63,395 bases of DNA, filler included, from Octopus bimaculoides (GCF_001194135.2; 5 parts of 5 records of this genome joined end to end with filler, not necessarily neighbours in it); one strand, 5' to 3'; shown: positions 25,889-40,269, numbered from the whole stretch's first letter. Notes: a model not told the origin generated them from the letters alone. Made by a program: numbers and translations.

Positions 25889-28105
25889 CATTGGTCAACA
25901 AGTATTTCTTATCAAGCATATGTCAAGGTGTACTTAGTGTAGTTCTCAATGCCGATTTCAAATATACAATTAGTTTTTGGCATCACGTACAGTTTTCAAG
26001 ATGAGAAATTTGTTTGGTTTTAGCTCATGCTTTATATAGAACTTCCAACTGATGACGTGTATGCATGTATTTCATTTACATCATGGAAACATACCTTTAA
26101 AAATAAACTACATTATTCATTGCTGCATAGTTCAGATGCAATATTTCATCATCTTAAATCAACCAATCAAGTTTTGTCTGATGAAAAAGGTATTTCAATA
26201 TCTCAAATTGTCCATTCATGATTGGCCTGATGAAATATTTCATCATCTCAAATTCAATATAAATATAACCATTTGTATCTATTTCCTTACTTGTTTTAGA
26301 GTGTTAACATTGTCAAGACAGTGTAGAAATTGTCCTGGTGTGTTTTGTTATGTTTTCGGAAAATTTATTGTGAAAGCTCAAAAACGTACAATAACACCTG
26401 AGATCAAAAAGATTTATAAGCTATGTTTTGACTGTCCTCTCGGGGATCAGGACAAGCTATAGGCACGAAATTTTATCTGCTCAACTTGCTCAAATGGCTT
26501 ACGTGACTGGTTCATTAAGAAGAAGTCCATGCCTTTTGCCATTCCAATGATATAGAGGGACCGAAAGACCATTTTAATTAGTTATTTTTGCAAAATAAAT
26601 ATCACAGAATTTTCTATGAAGAATAAGCAAAAAAATTGTGTATCCCAATTTGGATTCTGCAATGAGACCTGTGCCTCACAATGGATATCTGCCAATTCCA
26701 GTTCCACCAGATGATGGTATTGATGATGTTGACTCTCACGATAGTGCTGCTGAAGAAGATTACGTGGCTGATGATAGCTTTGAACCTCAGAAATTTTCCC
26801 AAACTGAACTAAATGACCTTGTCAGGGACCTATCCATCTCAAAAGATAAAGCAGAACTGTTGCTATCAAGACTGAAGGAGAAGTATCTGCTAGAGCACGG
26901 TGTTGGTATAACTTATTTTCGGTAGAGAAATGTGGTTCTAAAAACGTGTTTTTCTGTTGAAGCCCTGCTTTGCTTTTGCATGCTCCGTTCATCTTCATGA
27001 ATCATATGAGAATATGGAACTTTTACTTCATGTCATTGCCTAAGAAAGATGCTAATGGAAAATGTGTGGAGATTTAAAAGTCATTGGAATGTTAATGGGA
27101 ATGCAGTCCGGTTTCACAAAATACTCTTGTTTTTTGTGTCTATGGGATAGTCGGACAACTGACAGACATTATTCGGGATCGAACTGGCAGACAAGAACAT
27201 CATACCAGCCAGGACTGTCTAGCGTCAAGAATACACCTCTTTTAGATCCATGTAATGTCCTATTGCCTCCTTTGCATATAAGGATTGGATTGATGAAACA
27301 GTTTGTAAAGACACTAGGGAAGAGAAATGCCAGAGGATTTGAGTATATTGTAGACAAGTTTCCCAAAATCACAGAGGCAAAGTTAAAAGAGGGTATCTTT
27401 GTCGGACCCCGAATTAGAGAAGTACTCAACGATGTCAACTTCAAGACAATACTGGACGAACTGGAACTGCCTGCCTGGAATACTTTCAATTGGATCTGTG
27501 AGAATTTCTTTGGCAACAAGAAGGTAATGGACTACAAGGATGGCATCAAGAATCTTCTGAAATGTTACTCAGCGATGAGTTGTCGCATGTCATTGAAAGT
27601 TCACTTCTTGGACTCCTATCTGGATTTCCTCGCAGAAAACCTTGGAGCAGTGTCTGATGAACATGGACATTAGTGCTATGGAGAAACGGTACCTAGGCTT
27701 CTGGAAGACTTCTCGAATGACAGTATGCTGGCTGACTACTGCTGGACACTTTACCGTGATCAACCAGATCAGGAATACCGCAGGAAATCCAAATCACAAA
27801 GTTTCTAACTCTGTTGTCCTAACTCTGTCTGTTTTGTCTGACCCATTTTTTGTGTATTCACTCTTTGTAGAATGATAGTGATGATTTTTAACTGAATAAA
27901 CTCATTTACTTTCTAAAAATATGTCCTTATTTATTACGTTAATTATTTCATATATACAAATATGTAAATATTTGCATTATCTACTGAAAAACTGATAGGT
28001 GCTGCATAGAAATGGAAAGAAATTTTGAAATCAGCATGGAAATTAGTCTAAAACGTTGGCTTGCATTCATAATGAGTATAGCACATTTAAGTTTGTTGAC
28101 CAGTG
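25889..28105 (+). mobile_element. Chapaev3 (CMC superfamily) DNA transposon, defective but with intact ends
   Basis: TIRs cattggtcaacaa (25889-25901) and ttgttgaccagtg (28093-28105); TAA on both sides (TWA-type TSD). Internal transposase pseudogene. Confidence 0.85.
26310..27780 (+). pseudogene. Chapaev3 transposase pseudogene
   Basis: N-terminal Zn-finger region RQCRNCPGVFCYV...CFDCPLGDQDK...CSTC...MPFAIP; catalytic region CGDLKVIGMLMGMQSGFTKYSCFLCLWDSR, PPLHIRIGLMKQFVK, KEGIFVGP, MSLKVHFL, LGAVSDEHG. Stops, frameshifts and an internal deletion near 26975. Confidence 0.85.
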
Positions 28106-29019
28106 TAATCGACCCTGAAGTTATCCAATTTGAGTAAAAGGTTACGAATCTATATTCACCTCCCAATACCCCAAAGGAAAACTGTAGCGAATCTGTAGCT
28201 CTTGCACACTTATGTATATACATATGGGTTAACGAAATTCAATGTACTTAGTATGGCGCAAAATGAATAATTTCTGCGTTCTTGTTATCTTCTCCCTACC
28301 TATTTGAAACCATTACATTGCAAATATTGCATCATCATTTTGAACTGTTGAATCATCTCTGGAAGTAAAGAGTTGATCAGCATAGTTGTTACTTTTGAAG
28401 TGGAGAGAATTTGATAAATGGTCAGGTGACAGGTACATTTTTCAGGAAATTTCCTTCAACTTTGAGCCGATTGTAATTGAGGTTTTTAATAAAATATCTG
28501 GATAAATTTTTATGTTTAACTATCAAAATTCTTTTCTGTCTAATTTTATAATTTCCAGTTTTCAAAAAAATGATGTCTAAAGTTGGGCAAATGTTGCAAT
28601 AACAAATTTCAGTAATGTCTTCTCTTTAACGATGCAGTGAATAAATATACTGGGAAGAGATCCACTCCAGCAGATCGTGAAGAAGCTATAAAGAATAGCT
28701 TATGTTGAAATTTCAAATTTACTTGAGCTTCGTTAATTTCACATCCTGTGCCATTTTTCCATAATTCTCTTTCATTTTTCCTTGCTATTTTAATTGTGGC
28801 ACTTTTGATCTTCATGGTGTCTAATTTTTCCCACCTAAATATGTCTTTGGTTTTCTCCAAAGACAACAGAGATAGTTTTCTGAAATAGTGTTCAGAACAT
28901 GTTATAGTGTTTCAATATATTTAGAGAAGGTCATTTGCTTAGCTGATATAGTTTTTACAAGGTAGTGAACATTTGTAAAAAAATGTTTCTTCAAAGTTAA
29001 AAATGCAGTAAAATTTACT

Positions 29020-31321
29020 TATTGTGTCCTACCCCTACTTTTATCTGTTTTTAAACCTCTTGCAACTTGGAAACATGTCTAAGAAGGATTACATTCCTAT
29101 AATAACAATGTATGCAAGACTAAAGAACAACAATAACAATAGCGATGTTGATGACAACAACAATAGTGGCAATAACAATATCAACAATGATAACCAAAAC
29201 ATTCCCCACTCAAACAATTATGACATCCACACCACTACCAACAACACCACCCACATCAACACCAATACCAACACCACCCACAACAATAACAACAACAGTG
29301 GGCACAACACAATCACTAAAACCACCACCATCACCACCACCACCACCAATAGCAACAACAATGCCAGCAACTATAACAACAACAACCAAAACGATAATAA
29401 CACTCTATCTTCTATAACCCTAACAACAGATCTTATGACATGACGAGAATCTACCCCACAGACTTACCTTTCAACAAAAGGGTATGTATCCCACCCCAAA
29501 TTGGCAGTGAAACAGAGGCAAAGATCTCCTTAGCTAGAAACAGATTCCGACACACCTTAGACCAGTACAACAAAACCACTAAAAAACATAATGAGGAGGG
29601 GACCCACCAACTCAGTTCATCTGTTGCCAAAGGCCTACAAAAAATGAAACAGCGAATTAGAAACAGGGAATTTTGCTGTGGAGAAATGCATTGAGATAAT
29701 CTGTGAGAGTGAAGTAGAGTTCCATGAAGTCGACTCGAGGAGACTAAGCCCCTTCCTTAGACTAAACTACGACAGTGACTATTTAGACGACCATGACCTC
29801 AGTAGATTCTGCCCCACCAGGTCACAGAGAGGAAGGCCACCCACCATCACCTCAGCAGTGAAGAAAAGCACCGCAGAGCGCTGGAGTGGCCGGACCGTAC
29901 CCACCCAAGACCCTGAGAACAACAATCAGGTGAAAGGAATGATTGCACATGCAATAGGGGCTAGCGTAAGAACCACCTTGAAGAACCACATAGTAAAGTT
30001 CAACAAGAAACTATACATGCAGTTTCAAGGTGCAGCCATTGGGGTCGGTGTAGCTGGGGATGTGGCCGGCCTCTTCATGGCCTGGTGGGACAGAAAGCTT
30101 AAGCAATTCTTAGCAGAACAGTCCTCAACTCCTCTACTTTAAAGTAGATGTGTAGACGACATTAATATCCTAGTTAAGACCAACTCTAATAACGGTAGTG
30201 TAGAAACTGAGATGAACATAATGGAGAGCATCAAGCAAGTAGCTAACTCTATCCACCAAGGTATCAAGGTAACTGTAGATTACCCCACTAGGCACCCGAA
30301 CGATAGACTCCCCGTCCTTGATACTGAACTTTGGTTAGAGACTGTTAACAACAGAGTGCAGCTCTTCCACTCCTATTATAGGAAACCCATAGCTTCGAAA
30401 TATGTTGTTCACATGAACTCAGCTTTGTCACACAACATGAAAATGAACATACAGCAGACTTAGGATAATGAACAACGTGTCCCCACTATGCAAAGCCTAT
30501 GAAAGGAAGAAAAATTTACAGGATTTCATGCACCGCATGCAATTCTCTGGATATGATCAGAAAGATAGGGTTCGAGTATGCAGGAGTGCTGGAAAGAAGT
30601 TAGATAACATTATATGTAATGAAACCAGTGGTACCTGCCCTAGATATAGAAACAAAGAATGGAATAGGATACAAAGAATTTGTGACAAAGCCAACAAAGC
30701 GAACACGTAGTATAAAACCGATAGATATCAAGGAGTGATGTTTGTAGAGGCCACAGCCCATGGAGAACTAGCGCGTAGGTTTAGAAAAGCTCTGAAGGAG
30801 TCCAAACTCAACATTAAGATTGTTGAAAAGCCAGGGAACTCCATTAGATCTCAACTATGTAGGACGTACCCCTTCGAGAATAACATACGACCCAATGATA
30901 ACTGCATGGTATGTAGGATTAGCCCTGGCATTAACTGTAGAACTAGAAATGTAGTCTACAGCATAAGATGCATAGAAGGTTCTTGTAACGTCATGAACAT
31001 GACATACATAAAGGAGACATCTAGGAGCATTGCTTAAAGACTAAATGAACATTTGAGACAATATGACGACAAAAACAGTCCTCCGTATTCTACCAACATG
31101 CCAGGGACCAGCATGGAGGCAACCTGGGTCAACTTGACATCTCATTTTATCCAAGCAACCATGAGACCCAACCCTAAGACAAAAACGTCCTCATAAATGA
31201 AGTACGTAGTAGTACGTCCTCATAAATGAAACACCCCCAGTACTAAATAGGAAATATACGTAGTAGGTAATCATACCTCCGTACCCACAGTTTATATACA
31301 GGTAGAATAGTTAGTGGGCTG
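29020..31321 (+). mobile_element. Penelope-like retroelement (RT + GIY-YIG), decayed
   Basis: RT motifs FQGAAIGVGVAGDVAGLFM and RCVDDINILV; thumb region LPVLDTELW...YYRKPIAS; endonuclease region C..C...NCRTRNVVYSIRCIEGSC...YIKETSRSIA*RLNEH. Several stops and frameshifts. Confidence 0.85.
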
Positions 31322-32030
31322 TTGGTCCTTGGCATGTTGAGAGAGTATGGAGGACTGTTTTTTTTTTGCCATCAAATTGTCTCAAATGTTCATTTACTCT
31401 TTCCGCAATGCTCCTAGATGCCTTTTACAATCACCTATTCATCTTATGCTGTAGATTACATCTCTATTTCTACAGTTAATGCCAGGGCTAATCCTACATA
31501 CCATGCAGTTATCATTGGTGCATATGGTATTCTCAAAGGGGTACGTCCTACATAATTGTGATCTGCTGAAGTCCCCTGACTTTTCAACAATCATAATGTT
31601 GAGTTTGGTCTCCTTCAGAGTTTTCCTAAATCTATGGGCTACTTCTCCATGGGCTGTGGCCTCTACAAACATTACTCCTTCATATTTGTTGGTTTTATAC
31701 CACGTGTTCACCCTGTTTGCTTTGTCACAAGCCCTTTGTATCCTATTCCAATTTTTGCTTCTATATCTAGAGCAGGTACCATTGGTTTTATTGCATAAAA
31801 TGTTATCTAACTTCTTTCTAGCACCCCTGTATACGCGAAGCCTATCTTTCTGATCATATCCAGAGAATTTTATCCAAGCACCCGAAGGATCCAGCCTTCA
31901 AACAAATACAGAAGTAGTCCTCATAAATGAAACATCGCCAGTACTAAATAGGAAATATACGTAGTAGATAGTCATATACCATACCTACAGTTTATATTTA
32001 TATACAGGTAGAATAGTCAGTGGGCTGTTA
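31322..32030. mobile_element. Second 5'-truncated Penelope-like copy with an inverted 5' part
   Basis: 31322-31869 is a diverged reverse complement of about 30530-31112; 31868-32030 is a direct copy of about 31145-31325. Confidence 0.8.
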
Positions 32031-32869
32031 TATAGATGTATGTATGTATATATATATATATNNNNNNNNNNNNNNNNNNNNNNNNNNNNNNNNNNNNNNN
32101 NNNNNNNNNNNNNNNNNNNNNNNNNNNNNNNNNNNNNNNNNNNNNNNNNNNNNNNNNNNNNNNNNNNNNNNNNNNNNNNNNNNNNNNNNNNNNNNNNNNN
32201 NNNNNNNNNNNNNNNNNNNNNNNNNNNNNNNNNNNNNNNNNNNNNNNNNNNNNNNNNNNNNNNNNNNNNNNNNNNNNNNNNNNNNNNNNNNNNNNNNNNN
32301 NNNNNNNNNNNNNNNNNNNNNNNNNNNNNNNNNNNNNNNNNNNNTATATATATATATATATATATGTATGTATATCTATATGCACATGTATGTAGGCAAA
32401 TGGATATGAAAGTAAACAGAGAGACATACTGACGGAGAGGTACATAGGTAATATGAACAGACAAGCACACATACACACACATACACAAATGAAGACTGAA
32501 ACACATGACCATACACACACACACTTCACTTCACACAAGGACACATACCCACACAAACACGCATACACTTACATGCATGCATACATACATGTGTATGCGC
32601 ACACACAGTGGCCCACATACATGCGCACAAACAAACAAAAAGAACGCAGCTCGGATAACGGACAGTTAACAACTATTGAAAAGGTTGCAAGACGCAACGA
32701 AAATTTTGGAAAAATAAATAAGTAAATGAATGGAAACTTTACCGGTGAGTGTGTTAAATAAGGCAATAAAAGAGAATGACTCTCCCCAGACACAACAGAA
32801 TATGCTTCAACACACGAACTCGCATAAAGAATCTTGCAAACCAAACCCAAAAACGAAATATATGCATTC

Positions 32870-32976
32870 ATTTATTTCATTTACTTGTTTCAGTCATTTG
32901 ACTGCGGCTATGCTGAAGCACCATCTTTAGTCGAACATATCGACCACAGGACTAACTCTTTGTAAGCCTAGTACTT

Positions 32977-32978
<2 letters not shown>
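32870..32978 (-). mobile_element. SINE tail
   Basis: tttacttgtttcagtcatttgactgcggc.atgctg.agcacc. Confidence 0.75.
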
Positions 32979-33049
<71 letters not shown>

Positions 33050-33051
<2 letters not shown>

Positions 33052-33310
33052 TACCCGCAGGAAAGAAGTGCAGGGAAGGGATTCCACAGGTTCGACGTTC
33101 AGGGGAAAAAGGACTGGGTGTCGGGATTAGCATGACGCCTAGAGTTCTGGATGATGGGAGGAGGAGAGATGAGTAGGAAAAGAATGTCTATGTGGGTGTG
33201 GTATGAACAGAGCCAGCCAAAAGGAATAGTGGCCATGATAGGAGCATTAGAAAAGGTGGAAAATGGAAAGAAGACACCTGAGAGCTAGAAGTTGGAACGC
33301 ATGTGTGAGT
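33050..33310 (-). mobile_element. CR1/Crack-type LINE 3' end
   Basis: Minus strand reads SFFP.TSNLWNP.P-like, followed by a (CA)n tract. Confidence 0.55.
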
Positions 33311-34114
33311 AACTTTAGCGGTTAGTAAATAATAAAACATCAAACACAGGCAGTCGGTCCACAGCTTGACCTAACAGGTAACAGTAAAATTACAGAAATG
33401 ATGCTGTAATTTTTTTATTTTTCCAGAAATTTTGTTGTTGATCTCGATTATGGGTCATAAAAATGGTTTGAATGCTCAACTAGAAATATCTATCGAGTGA
33501 AGAAGCACAATACATATGCAATCAACTTTGATGCTATAATAAAGAAAAGTAAGTGTAAGTAATGTTTCGAAGTTGCAGTCTCATTTTCCTTTAAGAAAAG
33601 GAAGAAATGAGCAGAGTACATCGTTTCATTCATAGAAATAGCACTCTAAAACAAACTGAGGATTCTTTCTTTAGTACAGTTGGAGAAGTACCTCCTACCA
33701 AGATTTCGTTTTTGATAAATGTGGCTTTTATGATTAAGCACGCCAACAAATTCCCGACTCTATTAATGGTGTGTCTAGATATATATTTCTCCTGTTCTAT
33801 TGTTTGTAGTGGAATTCTTCGATAATAAAATAATGGTCTACTTCCTATTACTAGAAGATAGCTTTATGAGCCTTCTCTTATCGCTTAAAATGTTTTTCTA
33901 CTGAACCCAGATTTTACTGGTTGCTGACCTACTTTCTTGGCTTCTATTTGTTGTTTTTTCATAAAATGCCTATTATTCTATCAATGTTTTATTGATGTAC
34001 TTAAAGCTAAGATCTTCATCACAAATTTTCATTTATTGAAAGGGGGCAACTATTTATTTCCTTTTGTGTGAGCAAGTAAGCAAAAAGCTGCACTGCCTAA
34101 TTACAATCACACTA

Positions 34115-34305
34115 ACTGCCATAAATTTAGTCACAAGGCCAGTAATTTTAACTGGGAGGTATTATTCGAATAAATTGACCCTAATATCATACTGATACTG
34201 TACTTTATAGACCCCGAAGGGTTGAACGGCAAATGTGATTTGAACTCAAGACGTAAGGAGCGGGAACAAATACCCCAAGACGGTTCTAACGATTGTGTCA
34301 GTCCT
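34115..34305 (-). mobile_element. Degenerate SINE
   Basis: tactttat.gaccccgaagggttgaa.ggcaaa...atttgaactc. Confidence 0.6.
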
Positions 34306-36051
34306 CCACAAAATGGATACAAGAAACAAAGTTGAAATTAAGGAAATAAAATACAAACAAAGCATTCATCTAACTAATACTTTATAATTTATACAAATAA
34401 CTCTTAATTCTGCAGAAATATTTCCTTTAAAAGTTAAGAACTTTGCAGTTAAACCCCTATACCTTAATAATTCACCTTTTTCCTTTAGTTTGATTTAATG
34501 TGCTTGAATTGACCTACTCCTAAATATACGACCGTAGGGACTATAGGCTACAACTTAGGGAAGATATCTACCCTTAATAGGCAAACATATTTGGGTTTTG
34601 TAAGGTTCCAGGATTAGTCGTAGTAAGCCGTCTCCTTTTGGAACAACACACACATGCATACTGTTTGCCTATGCGCCCGAAATATATAAAGGTTTTTCTT
34701 TGCATTATTGAAACTTTCTTCATTTCATTTATTAATTCTATATATCTATGTATCTAGCAACATATCTATCTATGTATATTATATGTGTGCGTGTGTGTGA
34801 GTATGCACATGTATGTATGCATATATGTATGTACGTATGTTTGTGTGCATGTATGTGTATCTATCTATCTATTTATCTCCCTCTGTCCCCTACTGTCTCT
34901 CTCTCCCTTTGCTTCTCTTAATTTCCTTTCTCTCTCTCTCCCTCTCTTTGCTTCTCTTAAGTTCCTCTCTCTCTCTCTCTCTCTCCTTCTCTCTGTGTCT
35001 TTCTCTGTTAACCTCTTCCCACTGTTACGTGACTCCTGACGACTTAAAGCGGTGTCATTCTTTTTCGCGTTGCCTTCAACCATACTGGACACGATTTTCT
35101 GAGCTCCTCGCTCTACTCCCACCTCACCCCTATTTTCACTTCGCATTACCCATTTTTGCCTTGTCTTGCAGTCCCAAGGCTTTACGTTGTATATGTATTA
35201 CTATTATTAATTGTTGTCTTCGTGTGGCCCTCAGCCTTTATTCTGTTTATTGTTTTGACCCCGCCCGTCCACTAACGGTCTCGTCTCGAGCCCGTTTCGT
35301 TTTGTTATGCTTACGTCCCATTCTCGGCAAGTTTCTTGTCAGTACCTCAAGGGTGGAAGCAATATTATCGATAATGGCGGAAATTGCGCTTGAACCTCTG
35401 GCCGATGACTGATGAAGAATTGGTGACATTCTGTGTTTTCTATCCGTTTGTGTATTTAGCATATAATTGTTTGTTTACTTACTCCACGTTTTTTCAATTA
35501 TATAAATAGGTAGGTCATATTTTCCGTTTGTTATTCAATCCTGATATAACGGACCGAAACTGCAAAGACGATATGGTACTCGACTGAAGATCAAAAGCTC
35601 CGAATGATCCGTTCTTCTTTTTTCCTGTCCTTTTTTGTATCGTCTAACTGTCCGAATGTTTTGTTGTCGCCTGTTACGTTCTTGTTCCATCTTTTGTCTT
35701 GCTGATATATATATATATATNNNNNNNNNNNNNNNNNNNNNNNNNNNNNNNNNNNNNNNNNNNNNNNNNNNNNNNNNNNNNNNNNNNNNNNNNNNNNNNN
35801 NNNNNNNNNNNNNNNNNNNNNNNNNNNNNNNNNNNNNNNNNNNNNNNNNNNNNNNNNNNNNNNNNNNNNNNNNNNNNNNNNNNNNNNNNNNNNNNNNNNN
35901 NNNNNNNNNNNNNNNNNNNNNNNNNNNNNNNNNNNNNNNNNNNNNNNNNNNNNNNNNNNNNNNNNNNNNNNNNNNNNNNNNNNNNNNNNNNNNNNNNNNN
36001 NNNNNNNNNNNNNNNNNNNNNNNNNNNNNNNNNNNNNNNNNNNNNNNNNNN

Positions 36052-36260
36052 GAGTATATGCATATATACGTACAAGTATGTGCATACCTGCATCTACCTG
36101 TATATATAGGTGCATATCTGGGTACAGGACGTTGCAAACAAAACGTAGACAAAAAAATAATAATAACCAGAGTACAGAAAACACACAGGCCACATAGAGA
36201 ACATTTTCCTTCATCAGCTGCCACCATTCTAACACAGGCGTTTCGAAGAGTTAGGGCAGG
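36052..36260 (-). repeat. Interspersed repeat, homologous to 57640-57850
   Basis: ctcttcgaaac...ggtggcagctgatgaaggaaa.tgttctcta.gtg.cct.tgtgttttctgt...gtcctgtacccagatatgca shared between the two copies. Confidence 0.75.
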
Positions 36261-39200
36261 ACGCATCGTTAAAATGACTCTTCTCATGGACGACAAATTA
36301 AATTTGTACCATTGAGGAATGTAGTGGCGGACAGAAAACAAGATAGGAAAACAAACGGAAAAGGCTATACGGCCAGACGTGAAAATTATGTGTATATTGA
36401 ACGCTGTGAAGCAACGAACTGGAAGGAAGCGCGACGAGGTAGGTCCGTATGTTTGCTTGGCGATAGCCAAGGAAGAAAAGAATTAGTACCTGGACATATG
36501 TGACCAGCGAGGGTAAGGAGAAAGAGTGGTAGAGGGATAAAAAATGGGAGGAAGTAGAAAATAGGTGAGCAACGAGAGAAAAAGAAGAAGAGAGAGATAT
36601 AGTAGTAACAGAAAGAAGAACGAGAGGTGGAAAGAGAGATATATAGTAGTAACAGAAGGAAGAACGAGAGGGGGAAAAAGATACAGAGATAGAGTCGCGT
36701 CAGAAGACATAAAGTTCAAAACTTACTTGCAGGGATGACACGTGCGTTCGATCATGTAAAACAAATAATAAGTACGCACATACATATAAGCACACACATA
36801 TATATGTTGGCATTTACGTATTTGTGTGTGTATGTTTTTATACAAAATATGAAATATTACATTTTTTGTTGATGAAACATTTATTTAATTTGCTTAAATT
36901 AAATCAGAAGTGCATTGGAGAAAATAATTTGTGTTATTTAGATGCGTCCCTTCACGTTTTCAGTTCAATTTCTGCCGCAGTTGACTTTGTTTTTCGTCTC
37001 TCCGAAATCAATTACTTAACTTCCTCCTTACCTTCCTCTTCAACGTTTAGCTTCCTGTTTAAAGTTCTTCATTTAAAATTCCTTTGTTTTTACCTCTTAC
37101 TATCTTACTTTTTCTGGCATTGCTTTTTTTCTACTTAATTAGTGAGTCTGATGAGCTGATACCTACTACAGTTCCCTTATATTCCACCAATAATAGTGCC
37201 AGTCTTCCTCCTCTGATTAAGTCTCAAAATTGTTCTTTAAGATATTCATTTAACTTTTCTAGTTAAATGGATTTGGTGAAGCAGTGCAAGATTCCAGATT
37301 CCTTTAATGACTATTTAAAACTATTTCTTCTTAAGTCATTATTTATTGTTGTTCGTACTACGGTTGCTATTGTTGTTGTTTTTATTTCTGCTGTAGTTAC
37401 TGTTGTTGTCGTCGTCGTTGTTGTTTCAAGTGACATTCTAATTAGCAAGTTCTGGATGTGGAGATCTTGTATTACACATTTGTCCGACTTTACTTCCATT
37501 ATACACTCCTTGTCGTCCCCTAGGGGACATTGTTGTACTCGTTTACCAAAAAACCACCGATGCCATCCAATGATTTTATTAATATTTTGCTATCTTTATT
37601 TTTTATATGCCAAGATCAGTTTTTACCATTTGTAAAGTAATATTGTCCTAACTCCCTTAACAGTCTGTGCCACGTGAAGAGGAAGTTTAACTCTACAGAC
37701 CTTTACATAATACAGTGAAGAAACCCCGATGCGGTCATTCGATCTGCTACAAACAACATCTTAATCTCTCTTAAATCATACACTCACTCTCTTAAAATAG
37801 GTTACATTGGATAATGGTGTTTTTAGTACATTGGTGGAAATAGGGTGGTATAGTCATAGATGGAATGTTTCTTTCGGAGATATGAGGAATTGAAGCCTAA
37901 GGCTAAACAACAACGTGGTCATGACTGCAACACTTTCCAGTTAGCCTTGACCTAGAGCTAAACCATATTCACAAAACTCAGAACAAGACTATGATTATCT
38001 ACATATTTTATGTGATTGTCTATGCTTGTGTATGTCACCCCTACTATCGCTAAATCATTCCAGTGACACACGAATTGTTTGATGTCCAACATGCGATGTA
38101 AAGACGCAGAGTTAACTGCTTCATATCATTTCAGTCCGTGTCATTTACAATACATAGCATTAGATGCATATATTTTCAGAATGTGTGATCTTTGTTGTCT
38201 AAACCTAGGAATGGCTAAGGTCAGCAGACATTCTTCCTTATTGTTACTTCCATATGGTTGTTATTTCGGACCTATTTAGCCTCTCTGCAGTCTCAATCAC
38301 AAATTGAGGAATATTTGTAAATAGCCAATATATATCATCTGGAAAGAATGCTGTGTCTTTAGCCTTTAGTCGGCTTTGATCAATCAAATAGTTCGTCAAT
38401 TATGTTTCAATTGTTACCATTCCATATTTTTCTAAATCACAGTGCTGCATCATGTTATCTAATGTGTCCTTCATCTTTTAAGACGACAGGGTGTGATTTG
38501 AGGGAGAACTGGCTTCAGTTTCTAACAGATTGAAGTGCTACATTAAAACTCATCCAAAGCATACATTGAATAGGCTCCTCGAAATGATCCTCCAATGGGG
38601 TCACGCCAGTCCTGTCTTGCTCAACAGCGCAAATATACAATCCCTCCACATATTAATACAACAATATTGTGCAGTCATCCTGAGCATGAACACTAGCAAG
38701 CAGCTAGAACCATAAAGGCTTCATTATTGTTGTTAACAAAGCTTGAAACTAGAACGATCAAGGCTTCATCATCATCGAAAATTTCGACCTCAATTTAAAA
38801 CTTTTACAGCTTTAACACTAACCTTTCTATTCAGGGCCAGGAAATACTTCAACCTCTAACAACAACCGATGTTCTACAAAATTCGAGTAGGACTCACGAT
38901 GGAGTACTATTCACACGCGCGCGCACACATATTCTAAACTCATAATGGAAGACAGTCCTCACATCTAGGACATTATTGCTGAAACACCGTATCCTGAGAA
39001 AGGTCCCTTGATTCATTTCTATGAAATTACTCACCAACATACTCTATCTCTGTCCCATATAGAGGTTGTGTCTCCTCTCTCTAGCCTTTGTACTGTACTA
39101 CTGTGGCTACTTCACCTCGTACAAAGTTTATCCATTTCCACTGCCATCCAGGCACTCCTGATATTCTAAGCTCTTATCCTCTTGACACTCATAATAGATT

Positions 39201-39589
39201 CACCTATCTTGCACTAATCAATCCATACAATCTTTCCTCCCTACAACATTGGTCCCACTGGACTTCAATCCACGACTTCAATGCAGCCGTTCATTCTCAT
39301 TTATTGAAGTAAATCCTCGTGGAGCCTCCTGGTTGCAGAGAAACTGCGAAAACAAGGGGCACAGTCTCCTCCTCTTGGCCAATAAAAATGTGGTATACGA
39401 AGAACGGTTAAAGAATCTTTATAATTTGTTTTCATTATATTGCTCGTTAATCTTAGATACTTACACCTACAACTTTCTCTATCCTATGATAGTGGTTTGA
39501 TGTCCGAAATTTAGCTTATTCTACCAAGCTTTACTCACTTTTATAATCTTAGAAATGTTTATGGATATTTTCAGTTCTAGATATTACTC

Positions 39590-39810
39590 TTTACTCTTTA
39601 CTTGTTTCAGTCATTTGACTGCGGCCATGCTGGAGCACCGCCTTTTAGTCGAGCATATCGACCCCAGGACTTATTCTTTGTAAGCCTAGTACTTATTTTA
39701 TCGGTCCCTTTTGCCGAACCGCTAAGCTACGGAGACGTAAACACACCACCATCGGTTGTCAAGCGATGTCGGGGGGGGGGGACAAACACAGACACACAAA
39801 TATATACACA
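39590..39810 (-). mobile_element. SINE body and tail
   Basis: tacttgtttcagtcatttgactgcggccatgctggagcaccgcc...ttttgccgaaccgctaag.tacgg.gacgtaaacacacc. Confidence 0.85.
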
Positions 39811-40269
39811 CACNNNNNNNNNNNNNNNNNNNNNNNNNNNNNNNNNNNNNNNNNNNNTTAATTAATTAANNNNNNNNNNNNNNNNNNNNNNNNNNNNNNN
39901 NNNNNNNNNNNNNTTTTTCGTAAAGGTTCATAAGAGGAAGTAGGAGTTGAAAGGATTTGTATTAGAAAGAGGAAATTAGATTTTATTAGGGAGAAAATGT
40001 TTACTTCTGTAGTTTTACGGATTTTATTCATTATTAGGAAATTTTTGGAGTGAAAAAATGACGCAGTGACCTAACTTATTGTATTTAGAATATTAATTGC
40101 GATTGTTTAATCGAAGAAATTTGGAATTGTGTAAATGTATGAATTTTAAACATACACACACACAGAGTAGATTTGCCTTTTATAGTATAGATACATAGAT
40201 GCCATATTCAGAATGTAGGACATAGAAGCTCGTGCCCTGGCACAGTTCTCTGCTTTCCTGCAACAGTTT

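Noticed and set aside
36190-36250. cttcGAAAc...CTGATGAagg arrangement (also at 57645-57690 and CTGATGAagaat...attct at 35409)
   Set aside because: Core strings are present but stems I-III cannot be formed in any permutation I could build; kept only as repeats.
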